Shown piece after piece: positions 39,722 through 48,463 of a stretch of 48,463 nucleotides of DNA. The position numbers and the translations under genes were made by a program. The number at the start of each line of letters is the position of its first letter. The first letter of the stretch is position 1. Source of the stretch: Desulfurococcales archaeon (GTDB lineage: Archaea > Thermoproteota > Thermoprotei_A > Sulfolobales > NBVN01); the NCBI GenBank assembly GCA_027023255.1, contig JALVVU010000070.1, positions 1 through 48,463 of the forward strand, read 5' to 3'. The notes below the pieces were generated by a model that had not been told where the DNA came from, ran no database searches, and was given only the letters and a program-made list of their open reading frames with translations.

Positions 39722-41272
39722 ATGACATTTGCTGGCCTAGCTACGGCGCTGTCGATACTACTGACCCTAGTGGGTTCCCTACTTAATTTAAGGTGGATAA
39801 GGCTAGGCAGCACTGTCTTCCTAGCCGGAACCCTAGTTCTTTTCATGAGGGTTACTTACTCGTTATTTCACTTAAGCGGGCTCTCTAGCGTTACGGCAGT
39901 GCAGGCTGTCTTTATCGCGTCGCTCTGCGTAGTGTGGGCTACGGCGGCGTCACGCGCACTTGCCATGGGAAGAATCAGGGATGTTAGGTCCGTGTTTCTT
40001 GCCGCAGCGCCTTCTTTTTACATATTGGTGTTGCTGGCGATTTTGATTAGTTCCGGCACATTACATGCTGTGTTAATTGATGCCTGCGTCGTCGCCCTAG
40101 TAGGGATTATTGTCGCGTCTAGGGGGCACAGGCCTCACGGGTTGGGACGTTTCGTGGCTGCGGTGTTGTTACCTGCGTCCTTACTTATTCATACCTCTAG
40201 CGTTGTTGGAGCCGAGCTTAGTGAGAGTAGCCTCAAGATTGTCATTCCCCTACTTGGATATGCTGTACTTGCTGCTGTCGTGCCCGCTCACCCATGGTTT
40301 TTGAGGGTAGTTACTGAGCGTGATGACGCATTCATAACTGCGGCGGCGGTAAGCGTTGTTTATCTGGGTTACTTCGGACTGACCTTAGGGTTAAGTGAGG
40401 TTGCGGATGACGTGACGCTCTGGGCTTTCAGCATGTTGGGCTTCGTGACGTTGTTTTACGCGTCCGCACACGCCTTCGCGAGGCGTGATTTAGGCGGATG
40501 CATCGCATACTATGTCTCAGCAACCACGGGATTTTTCTTGTCCTTCACCAGCATCTTAATGTTGCTTAGGGTCGACACCGCTATGTTCATTGCCGCGATT
40601 GTGGGTGCTGGCCCGATAATGTTCGTGCCCGCAATCCTACCTCCTACTGCCCGTCGGCCGAAGTCGGAGGTTGCACACACTCTAACTTCCGCGCTACCTC
40701 CTACGCTGGCCTTACTGTTGGCTTCGGGTGCCTTTCCCTCAATAAGTCTTGCTGGTAGAGCTTTGCTGGCGGCGACACTTTCGGGTTTGCAGGGATTGTC
40801 CTCCACACCGGTACTGGGGTTGCTTGTACTTAGCATAGCGATGCTCTCGGCGGCAGTAGCTAACTCCCTTAAGTTTAGGATGAGGTTGTGGGCTATGCTG
40901 GCTTCGCCATTATTTATGAATGCATCGTTAACCCTGATACTCTTTTGCGTCCTGCTACGGTTGTTACTAGGCCCGCTCACGTTAAGTGTTGCTCAGTTCA
41001 TGCCTTGGTTGCTCTTAATAGGTTTTACCTCAGGCTTTAGCGCTTGGCTTCTTGTGTGGCATGAAGTTCTAGGTGGTTTTCTGGAGAGGATCTTCACACA
41101 CCTTCCTAGCGCCGTAGTTAGTCTTGAGATGAGATTCAGATATGCTGCCGAGGGAATCATGGAATTACTGGAGGTTGTCGAGACAGAGGAAAGGTTCCTT
41201 GCTACCCTATCCCTACTGGTTCTGCTCGCGGCTACCGCGGCAGTAATACTTTTAGGAGGTGTTATGCCGTGA
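39722..41272 (+). CDS. Divergent MrpA/MrpD-like (complex I antiporter-like) membrane subunit
   Basis: Relic motifs PAHPW, RRDLxxCIAY, GAFP; heads an mnhBCD cluster. Confidence 0.65.
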   Translation: MTFAGLATALSILLTLVGSLLNLRWIRLGSTVFLAGTLVLFMRVTYSLFHLSGLSSVTAVQAVFIASLCVVWATAASRALAMGRIRDVRSVFLAAAPSFYILVLLAILISSGTLHAVLIDACVVALVGIIVASRGHRPHGLGRFVAAVLLPASLLIHTSSVVGAELSESSLKIVIPLLGYAVLAAVVPAHPWFLRVVTERDDAFITAAAVSVVYLGYFGLTLGLSEVADDVTLWAFSMLGFVTLFYASAHAFARRDLGGCIAYYVSATTGFFLSFTSILMLLRVDTAMFIAAIVGAGPIMFVPAILPPTARRPKSEVAHTLTSALPPTLALLLASGAFPSISLAGRALLAATLSGLQGLSSTPVLGLLVLSIAMLSAAVANSLKFRMRLWAMLASPLFMNASLTLILFCVLLRLLLGPLTLSVAQFMPWLLLIGFTSGFSAWLLVWHEVLGGFLERIFTHLPSAVVSLEMRFRYAAEGIMELLEVVETEERFLATLSLLVLLAATAAVILLGGVMP

Positions 41273-42039
41273 GAAGGTGCCGAAGGTTGCTTGCCGCTTT
41301 AGCGGTTGTAGTGGCTTCGCTCGCTATGGCTTACCTAGCGACGTTGAAGGGTGTCACGTTGCTTCCTGTTAGGGTCGAGTTGGGTGAGGCCGGGGCTTAC
41401 TACGTCACGCATTCGTACGTGATTGGTTTTAGCTTATGGGTGCGCTCTGTCGTGAATGCCGTTATCTGGGATTTCAGGGCTGTGGACACGTTCTTTGAGA
41501 CCGCAGTCCTCTTCGCCGCATTGCTTGCCGCACTCACGTTTACCGCGGAGCTAAGCGGAGCCCCACGAAGGGCAGGTAAGGGGGCGATGCTCTCACCGGT
41601 CGTCACTACGGTGCTCAAGCTATCGCTTCCCTTAGCGCTTGCTGTGGCTGGGGGGTTGGCTCTGGAAGGGCACCTCTCACCAGGTGGTGGTTTTCAGTCT
41701 GGCGCGGTTGTTGCGGTCATGGCTTTTCTGTTTATGGCCGTCCACGGCGTGTCTACTGGTTGGTTTGGTCATGTTAGAACCCTGCTCCTCACTAGGAGCG
41801 CAGCGTTACTCGCCCTCTCTGTGCTCGCCGTAGCGCCAGCCATCATGGGAATGCTATACGGTTTAGGCCCCTACGCACTAACTGGGAGGCCTGTGCCCAA
41901 GCTAGTGGTTCCTGGATGTTGTGTGGTTCCCGTGTACACCGTATTGCTTAACGTTTTCGAAGCGATCGCCGTTGGGGCCGCCTTCACTCTTGTCGGTCTT
42001 ATCGTATGGTCGTCAATAGGTGGTGAGGATAGTGAATGA
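41269..42039 (+). CDS. mnhB: Mrp/Mnh subunit B (MbhE/F-like fusion)
   Basis: NAVIWDFRAxDTxxE, GHLSPGGGFQ. Confidence 0.9.
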   Translation: MRRCRRLLAALAVVVASLAMAYLATLKGVTLLPVRVELGEAGAYYVTHSYVIGFSLWVRSVVNAVIWDFRAVDTFFETAVLFAALLAALTFTAELSGAPRRAGKGAMLSPVVTTVLKLSLPLALAVAGGLALEGHLSPGGGFQSGAVVAVMAFLFMAVHGVSTGWFGHVRTLLLTRSAALLALSVLAVAPAIMGMLYGLGPYALTGRPVPKLVVPGCCVVPVYTVLLNVFEAIAVGAAFTLVGLIVWSSIGGEDSE

Positions 42040-42445
42040 AGTAGACCTATTCCTTTTGAACTTAGCTATGGTTTCCTTGCTGGTGTCGATGGGGATAGGT
42101 ATTGTTGGCGTTATACTCAAGAGGAACGCTGTTAAGAAAGTGATTTGCTTGGGGATAGTCAGCGACGCCGTGGCGGTGCTACTAGCATTTATAGGCTTTA
42201 GAGTTAAGTACCCCTCACTCCCTCCCGTCTGGCTGTTTAAGGAGGGTAATGGGCTAGAGCACGCATTGAGGGTCTTCGTGGATCCCTTGCCTCAAGCCCT
42301 CGTCGTCACCTCCATCATAATAGGTGTGGCGTTCACGTTGTTCCTGTCAGTGGCTGTTGTGAGGTTCTATGAAGACTACGGCACGCTGAGTTTCGAGAGG
42401 GTGCTTGAGGAAGTTGAGGGAGAGGTTGAGGAGGGAAGTGAGTAA
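42032..42445 (+). CDS. mnhC: Mrp/Mnh subunit C
   Basis: NxxKKVI, DPLPQALVVTSIIIG. Confidence 0.92.
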   Translation: MNEVDLFLLNLAMVSLLVSMGIGIVGVILKRNAVKKVICLGIVSDAVAVLLAFIGFRVKYPSLPPVWLFKEGNGLEHALRVFVDPLPQALVVTSIIIGVAFTLFLSVAVVRFYEDYGTLSFERVLEEVEGEVEEGSE

Positions 42446-43929
42446 TGCAGGTCGTGTCCCCAGCACCGCTGCTATGCGTCGCTGTTCTCGCACCGGTCGT
42501 CACGGTGTTCACGTTACTCGTAGCTAAGGTTATGCGTAACGCTTCACTAGCTACTACTCTTTTCTGGGGTGGACTAGCAGCTGAGCTCGCTGTGTCGGTG
42601 CTGGTGGCTCTACGGGTGTTCGCTGGTGAGGTGCTTATTTATGCTTTTGGTGGGTGGCCCCCGCCAGCAGGCGTGGTGCTCATGGCTAACCGTGTTGCTG
42701 GCGTGTTCCTTCTCGTTGGTATTGCCGTTATTTTTGCCTGTGCTATTGCTTTGAAGTGGTTCTTGCGTGACTCAGGTGCTGACTTAGTGGCCGCATATGC
42801 CTTTACGTTGCTCTTTGCTTCCGGTTATGCGGGGGTCGTGTTAACCACTGATTTGTTTAACGTTTATGTAATGATGGAGTTACTCTGCATTTCTTCATAC
42901 GCCTTACTTTCCTTGAGGAGGGGGAGGGCCGTTGCTGCCGCCCTGAAGTACGCTGTGTTCGGTGGCTTGGCAGGCTTGATGCTTGCATTGTCTGCTGGCG
43001 TAATGTACGGCTTAAGCGGCTCGATGTACTTTGGCGATATTTCCCTCGCTGGTGTGGCTGGCTTAGGCGTGGCGGGAGGCGTCGCTGCATTAATGACTGT
43101 GTGGTCGCTTTCGTTCTTCTCCGCCTTATTTCCGAGCCATTTCTGGCTCCCTGACGCTCATTCCGAAGCTGTACCTCCGTTCTCCGCAATACTTTCTGGC
43201 GTGAGTGTCTTCACGGGGTTCTATGTGCTGGTCCGGTTAACTGATGTAGGGTTAAGCCCCATGGGTTTTGCAGCATCATTAGTTCAAATATTGGCGCAGG
43301 TCGGGGCCCTCTACGCCGCGGTAGCTATGCTCGTACAGAGAGACGTTAAGAGAATGCTAGCCTATAGTACAGTCTTGAACGCCGCATACATGTTCATGGG
43401 ATTAACTGCAGGCGTAGGTGGCGTCTCGGCTGCGTTGCTTCACGCCCTCACCCATATGTTGGGCAAGGCTCTGGCTTTCCTCTCTGTTGGGGTGTTAGTT
43501 AAGTGGGTTGGGTCTAGGGATATCTACGTTTTAGAGGGTATGGGTAGGGCCGTGCCCGGCGTGCTCATACCGCTGACAGCCAGTGTACTGAATCTAGTGG
43601 GCGTCCCCCCGTTTCCTGGCTTCATAAGTAAGGTTACCCTTTATGGGGCACTAATGACTCACGGATCCTTATCGGCAGCCTTAGTACTTGTCCTAACTTC
43701 CGGTATCGCCGCATTATCTTACATTAGATTACTTGAGCACCTGTGGCATTCCCCAGTGAAGCACGTAGGAGTATTCAAGTTACCCCTTACGATGTCCTTT
43801 GCCATCTACGGCCTAACGGCGGCGATGGTTCTGCTGAGCGTAGCATGCACACCACTAGTGAGAATCTTCAACAATGCGCTTGGTGTTCAGCACATCGTAT
43901 ACTCTCTAGCGGAATCAGTGATGCCTTAG
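42445..43929 (+). CDS. mnhD: Mrp/Mnh subunit D
   Basis: GGWPPPxG, DLFNxYVxxE, HFWLPDAH, DVKRMLAYS, GVPPFPGFISK. Confidence 0.9.
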   Translation: MQVVSPAPLLCVAVLAPVVTVFTLLVAKVMRNASLATTLFWGGLAAELAVSVLVALRVFAGEVLIYAFGGWPPPAGVVLMANRVAGVFLLVGIAVIFACAIALKWFLRDSGADLVAAYAFTLLFASGYAGVVLTTDLFNVYVMMELLCISSYALLSLRRGRAVAAALKYAVFGGLAGLMLALSAGVMYGLSGSMYFGDISLAGVAGLGVAGGVAALMTVWSLSFFSALFPSHFWLPDAHSEAVPPFSAILSGVSVFTGFYVLVRLTDVGLSPMGFAASLVQILAQVGALYAAVAMLVQRDVKRMLAYSTVLNAAYMFMGLTAGVGGVSAALLHALTHMLGKALAFLSVGVLVKWVGSRDIYVLEGMGRAVPGVLIPLTASVLNLVGVPPFPGFISKVTLYGALMTHGSLSAALVLVLTSGIAALSYIRLLEHLWHSPVKHVGVFKLPLTMSFAIYGLTAAMVLLSVACTPLVRIFNNALGVQHIVYSLAESVMP

Positions 43930-43987
43930 TGGATATTAATTTCATAGGTGCAACCCTTGCGGTTAGAATTTAAACGACCCCTTTGCA

Positions 43988-44686
43988 TTAATGCAGTAAA
44001 AACGTCTTGAGTAGCAACACTGCTATGAAGCTCGACGCGCTTATGAGTACGTTGTCGTCAATGGGGTTGAATTCGTAGTGCTCGACGAAGGATGCCAGAG
44101 CGGCTATGGGCACGCCCCATAAGCTGTTTAGGAGCAACACACCTATTGGCGCGCAGACAGCGAACATCGCGATGTTACCCCACCATGACTTGGTACGCTT
44201 CTTGAACATTGTGTTCCTAACTACGCCTGTCACTGCGTCGCCGAACGCCATGAAGAGTATGGGGATTAACGCGTATACAGGGCTACCCAGTATGAACCAT
44301 GCTAGTAGCATTGAGACGCCCCACATTAGGCAGAAGTTAACTTCGAACATGTTGTCCTCAACTTGGAACCAGTCCATCAGCTCACCTTTCCTGTGGGGTA
44401 TGTAGGTGAAGATCGCCATTATCATCGCTATTATGAACGGTATTATTGGGGATGTAAATAGGAAAGGAACCAGAAGCGCCACGACGCCTCCGGCAAAAAC
44501 ATGAATTAACTTCCTGTTGTAGTAGACGGCAACGTTATGCTTCATCCCTCTCGAACGCATGAAGTCATACGCGAACTTCGTTGCCCGCACCACGGCGACT
44601 GCGTAGATGAGCATTACTACCGCGATCACTGCCTCAAGCACTAGGTTTTTAGGGGTTAGGACTTCCCAGTGGAGGCCGATTTCCAA
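43988..44686 (-). CDS. Dolichol/phytol kinase-like (CTP-dependent) membrane protein
   Basis: RKLIH, FGDA, KSWWG, DDN. Confidence 0.8.
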   Translation of the reverse strand: MEIGLHWEVLTPKNLVLEAVIAVVMLIYAVAVVRATKFAYDFMRSRGMKHNVAVYYNRKLIHVFAGGVVALLVPFLFTSPIIPFIIAMIMAIFTYIPHRKGELMDWFQVEDNMFEVNFCLMWGVSMLLAWFILGSPVYALIPILFMAFGDAVTGVVRNTMFKKRTKSWWGNIAMFAVCAPIGVLLLNSLWGVPIAALASFVEHYEFNPIDDNVLISASSFIAVLLLKTFLLH

Positions 44687-44792
44687 CGAAATGCACCCTC
44701 TAAGACGTTATGGTAGCGTGAAGGGTTTTTATGGGTGTGGGTTGCTAATCTCACCTTAAACACTGTTTACAACGATGAAAGCAAGTGCCCTA

Positions 44793-44860
44793 TGTCAGAC
44801 CGGATTCATACTTCATCACCCCTCTGCGCAGGGGTTCAAGGCCCCCCAACACATCATCCA
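44793..44860 (-). ncRNA. Candidate box C/D methylation-guide sRNA
   Basis: ATGATGT (C), 11-nt guide, TTGA (D'), hairpin, GTGATGA (C'), 14-nt guide, CTGA (D); fully intergenic. Confidence 0.65.
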
Positions 44861-44948
44861 AGTATATTATTAGGAGGCAGTGAGAGGTAACTTTAATTCG
44901 GCGGTACCCATCCCCTATGGTGCGGGACCGAGTGTTGGGATGGTGCCG

Positions 44949-45857
44949 ATGCAGGTCGCGGCGTTAGGTATGTTAATGAGTGTGGGTGCTGCCGTGGCGT
45001 GGGCTGTGACGCCTGCCTTAATCAAGGTGGGGCTTAAGTACCTTAATGACCCCGTATTATTCACTGGAATCAGGTTCGTGACCTCACTCGCTCTCTTCAC
45101 TCCAGTCATACTTCTCCTAGGCTTCTCAGGTGATGTGTTCAGACCCGTCATAGCGTTAATGATTGTTGTGTCTGCTGTGCTCGGTCCTGGCTTAGGTGAT
45201 ATTGCTTACGCGTACGCCATAAGGGAGTTGGGTACTGGTTTAGCAGTCCTCATCTCGTATCAATACATACTGGTGGCTCAGTTAAGCGCTATTGCCTTAC
45301 TGGGAGAGCGAAAGAACATCATGGTACTGACGCTGACCCCCATAGCGCTCTTCGGAGTGTACCTTGCTGTGCGGGACGAGGGGAAAAGGCAAGGAGGTAG
45401 GCTTAGTCGTGCCGGGGTGCTCTTCGGGGCCGCGGCGGCCGTGTTCTGGGGGATGAGCGTTGATGCAGTGTCTTACGTTGCTAAGTACTCTAGTGTAGAC
45501 CCCTTTACCCTAGCCTTCGTTAGGTCAGCGGTGCTTGCGCCAGTACTTCTCACCGTGGGTTTCCTTAGGGTTAGGAGACGCTCGGGAGTTGGGGAGACCA
45601 TGACGCGTTCGAGGCTCCTGCGGGGCGCGCTCTTTGGGATGGCGTCGGGCGTGGTTGCGTACTTTATTGGTTTCTCGCTCTTTGTGGTGGCCATTAGGGA
45701 TATCGGTGTGTTGGTGCCTACGCTAGCAACTGCCCTTACGCCGGTGTTAACGCAGTTTATTTCTGCGGGAACCATCGGTGAAGCCCTTACGCGGGGCAGG
45801 CTAGCTGGGTCCGTAATCGTGGGGTTCGCTCTAGCTATGGCTTCGTTGATGCCGTAG
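44949..45857 (+). CDS. DMT/EamA family transporter
   Basis: 10-TM duplicated EamA pattern; GD..Y..AI..LG; LGE. Confidence 0.9.
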   Translation: MQVAALGMLMSVGAAVAWAVTPALIKVGLKYLNDPVLFTGIRFVTSLALFTPVILLLGFSGDVFRPVIALMIVVSAVLGPGLGDIAYAYAIRELGTGLAVLISYQYILVAQLSAIALLGERKNIMVLTLTPIALFGVYLAVRDEGKRQGGRLSRAGVLFGAAAAVFWGMSVDAVSYVAKYSSVDPFTLAFVRSAVLAPVLLTVGFLRVRRRSGVGETMTRSRLLRGALFGMASGVVAYFIGFSLFVVAIRDIGVLVPTLATALTPVLTQFISAGTIGEALTRGRLAGSVIVGFALAMASLMP

Positions 45858-45916
45858 CTACGCGCATTAATTACTTGCGAGGTAAGTATTCCTAGGCGGT
45901 ATTGAGGGTCTCAGGT

Positions 45917-46594
45917 ATGAGGGAGCATGATGACCTTGAAGAGAGGGTTAGGAGGTTGGCGTTAGAGGCTGGTTGCGGTGATGCCAAGGTGGTGGTTAGT
46001 AAGTATTTCCCAGGCATCGCGGCGATTCCGTGGCTGAACGTTGTGCTTGTTTCTGAGGCCGTTGCGCGGAGCCTTAGTGACGAGCATTTGAGGGCGATAC
46101 TGACGCATGAGGCTTACCACTTAACAATGGTTAAGGATCGAAGGAGGTTACTGCGTAACTTACTCACGAGTGCCTGCGGTTACATGTTGTTAGTTGATGC
46201 TGTCCTACTCATCACTGCTGTCCCATTATGGTTACTGATTAACGCGCCTTTACCGGGTAACCTACTTTACGAGATTCTAGCTGCGGTATTGACCGCATTC
46301 ATTATACTGGTCACCTTCCCTTACGCGTCACTAATCGTGCGGAAGCTTGAGTCAAGGCTAATGCGTTGGATTCCCTTCGGGGCTGAGGAGGCTGAGGCTA
46401 ATGCCCACGCTGCGCGAGTGGTTGGTGAGGCGGTATTCATGGAGGCAGTAGTTAGGTATAGTGAGGCGCTAAGGAGTGCTGTAAGGGATCTTGGTCTGCT
46501 TGGGAGGTTATTTATGAATTCCATCCGCGTTGCTGAGGCTGTGAACCCTCACCCCATGCCTGGTGAGGTGGTGAGTGGTGAAAGGCGTGAGTAG
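45917..46594 (+). CDS. M48/M56-like membrane zinc metallopeptidase
   Basis: AILTHEAYH, two TM, ExEA, HP near the C-terminus. Confidence 0.8.
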   Translation: MREHDDLEERVRRLALEAGCGDAKVVVSKYFPGIAAIPWLNVVLVSEAVARSLSDEHLRAILTHEAYHLTMVKDRRRLLRNLLTSACGYMLLVDAVLLITAVPLWLLINAPLPGNLLYEILAAVLTAFIILVTFPYASLIVRKLESRLMRWIPFGAEEAEANAHAARVVGEAVFMEAVVRYSEALRSAVRDLGLLGRLFMNSIRVAEAVNPHPMPGEVVSGERRE

Positions 46595-47225
46595 GCAGGT
46601 AACTCCCCGCATTCCCGGCTCAGTCATTAGTAAGGAGTTCTACTGTAGAAGGCCGGACATAGTTGCCCGTGACTTGCTAGGGAAGCTACTAGTCCGTGAC
46701 GTTGACGGTGTTAGGCTCTCGGGAATCATTATCGAGGTCGAGGCTTACTTCGGTTCCGAGGATCCTGCCTCGAGAGCTAGGAAAGGTGGGGACCTGAGGC
46801 GAACCCTTTACGGGGAGTGCGGCTTAGCCTTGGTGTATGGCATACACACTCACTGGATGCTTAACGTAGTTGCTCACGAGGACGGTGCCGGTGGTGCCGT
46901 CCTTTTCCGTGCTATAGAGCCTGTGGAGGGTGTGGATCACATGATGAGGTTCCGTGGCTTGGGGAGTTTGTCGAATGTTAAGTTACTTACGTCTGGGCCG
47001 GGCAGGTTAACCCGCGCGTTACGCGTGGATAAGTCCTTCCATAAGACACCGATGTACGTTAGGAGAGCGAATGGGTTATGGGTAGAGGACGTCGGGTTAC
47101 GGGTGAGTGACGATGATATTGTGCGTGACTTCAGGGTAGGTGTGACTGAGGATTTAGATGAGCCGTTTAGGTTCTACCTAGCGTCATCTAATTTTGTTTC
47201 CGTCCGGAAGGTTAGGAAGGCTTAA
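46587..47225 (+). CDS. mpg: 3-methyladenine DNA glycosylase (AAG/MPG family)
   Basis: VARDLLGK, IxEVEAY, DPAS, AVLxRAxEP, SGPGRL, RVGV. Confidence 0.93.
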   Translation: MSRQVTPRIPGSVISKEFYCRRPDIVARDLLGKLLVRDVDGVRLSGIIIEVEAYFGSEDPASRARKGGDLRRTLYGECGLALVYGIHTHWMLNVVAHEDGAGGAVLFRAIEPVEGVDHMMRFRGLGSLSNVKLLTSGPGRLTRALRVDKSFHKTPMYVRRANGLWVEDVGLRVSDDDIVRDFRVGVTEDLDEPFRFYLASSNFVSVRKVRKA

Positions 47226-47279
47226 TGACCCCGTTTCCTTAATTAACTCCTTAATCGTCTCTATTCGCGGTGCTTAACA

Positions 47280-47723
47280 CTGAGGGAGAAATTCGGCATA
47301 TATGTTCCTGAGTCGCTTGCTCAGGAGCTTGAGGAATGCATGAAGGCTTTAGGAATTAGGAGTAAGTCAGCCTTGGTTAGGGAGGCTCTCAAGCTATTCA
47401 TAAACGAACATAAATGGGAGACGGCCGAGAATGCAGTGGGTATTATAGGTGTCATCTACGACCATTCCCGCAAGGGTGCTGACGAGGAGCTAACCGATGT
47501 TCAGCACGAGTTCCTTAACCTGATAGTCTCGACACTACATGTGCACCTAGATGAGGATCACTGCATGCTAGCCATAGTTGTACGGGGCAGAACTGAAGAG
47601 ATTAAGGAGCTTCTGGGTAAGCTCGTCAATATTCGAGGTGTCAACATAGCGAGAACTATGCTACTAGCTGTTGAAGAGGGAGGACACACCCACCCACACA
47701 CGCATCGCCAACGCACCGAGTGA
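47280..47723 (+). CDS. nikR: NikR-family nickel-responsive regulator; probable CTG start at 47280
   Basis: RHH domain (KFGIYV..SKSALVREAL), YDH, QH, HVHL, C; His-rich tail. Confidence 0.88.
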   Translation: MREKFGIYVPESLAQELEECMKALGIRSKSALVREALKLFINEHKWETAENAVGIIGVIYDHSRKGADEELTDVQHEFLNLIVSTLHVHLDEDHCMLAIVVRGRTEEIKELLGKLVNIRGVNIARTMLLAVEEGGHTHPHTHRQRTE

Positions 47724-47740
47724 AGCGGGTATGACCCCCG

Positions 47741-48463
47741 TCAAACGGGACAGAAGGACAGGTTTTTAGCGAAGGGACAGGACCCGCATGACGGCGTGTT
47801 ACCTAGGCAATCATATGTGTTCTCTAAGGTGTAGCTACAGTACTCAGCCAACTCGCAGTCCAAGCAGGAAGGCATCTGCCCAGACCTTACGGCGAACCTG
47901 AACCTCACGTAGTCCGGTGACCTCCAAATGTTGAGTAGGCTCTGCCTGCGGAGGTCACCCATGGCAACCCTCCTGACGTGTCTACTTACGCCGAAGAGTG
48001 TTGGGGTCCAGTCGTGGGCAAAGTACATGCATGGAGCCACCACCCCGTCACTGCATATGTACGTGGCTCCGTAACCTATGAATGGACATAGGAAGTAGCT
48101 CCTGACATTGAGGTATGTCGACTGTACCGATAACTTCCCGTCCATCGCCTCCTTACTTACCTCGGCAATGTCCCTCAACACTTCCTCGGTGCACTTAGCA
48201 TCGCCTAAGCACGTTAGGTTCTCGACCTCCTTATTGGGTGGTATTAAGTTGCTGTAGACTAGCCTGTTAGCCATTACCTCTTTGGCCAGCAAGGAGGCTT
48301 CAATTACTTGACGGTAGTTTATCTTGGTTATTGTGAATATTATCGTTACCGCAGGTTTGGGTGAATGCTTAGCGAACTTTAGCTCCTTAAGCCTTTTCAG
48401 TCCCTCAAGTACCCTAGTAAGCGAACCCCCTAACCTTAGCTTCGAGAACGTCTCCACTTCAGG
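47741..48463 (-). CDS. Radical SAM/SPASM protein resembling tungsten-cofactor oxidoreductase maturases (5' partial)
   Basis: CPF..GxVxPC; Cys-rich tail SCxDC..C..DCxGNxPSCxxCP..CP. Confidence 0.8.
   Translation of the reverse strand, partial: PEVETFSKLRLGGSLTRVLEGLKRLKELKFAKHSPKPAVTIIFTITKINYRQVIEASLLAKEVMANRLVYSNLIPPNKEVENLTCLGDAKCTEEVLRDIAEVSKEAMDGKLSVQSTYLNVRSYFLCPFIGYGATYICSDGVVAPCMYFAHDWTPTLFGVSRHVRRVAMGDLRRQSLLNIWRSPDYVRFRFAVRSGQMPSCLDCELAEYCSYTLENTYDCLGNTPSCGSCPFAKNLSFCPV

Noticed and set aside
1218-46524. Numerous 60-200 aa ORFs antisense to or nested in assigned genes
   Set aside because: Shadow frames rich in Ser/Thr/Pro/Leu with no motifs, opposite well-supported genes

Overview
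Gene-dense archaeal chromosome segment. Gene content, GGTGA Shine-Dalgarno motifs and frequent GTG/TTG starts suggest a hyperthermophilic Thermoproteota (Desulfurococcales-like); this is an inference. About 44 CDS, in order: birA (partial), a decayed PaREP1 gene, hypF, a sugar locus (glycerate 2-kinase, GH130-like enzyme, GHL6/GH42-like hydrolase, CUT1 ABC importer), kptA, a beta-propeller surface protein, an Nre + SPL-like radical SAM pair, a ferredoxin, a divergent DUF4350/DUF4129//MoxR/DUF58 cluster, flippase, PEBP, SDR, phosphoesterase, an ABC-2 exporter running into Ubl + ttuA, pit/DUF47, a large gingipain-like (C25) surface protease followed by a reduced Mrp-like module, a dolichol-kinase-like gene, DMT, M48-like peptidase, mpg, nikR and a partial radical SAM/SPASM gene. 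I saw no tRNA, rRNA, CRISPR array or intact transposase. Best leads: (1) a candidate glycosyl-glycerate (compatible solute) scavenging locus; (2) an Mrp-like module missing key proton-pathway lysines, behind the C25 protease; (3) an intergenic C/D-box sRNA at about 44.8 kb; (4) nikR apparently needing a CTG start; (5) an abrupt T-ending to A-ending codon switch inside moxR. All family calls come from reading motifs by eye; no searches were run.
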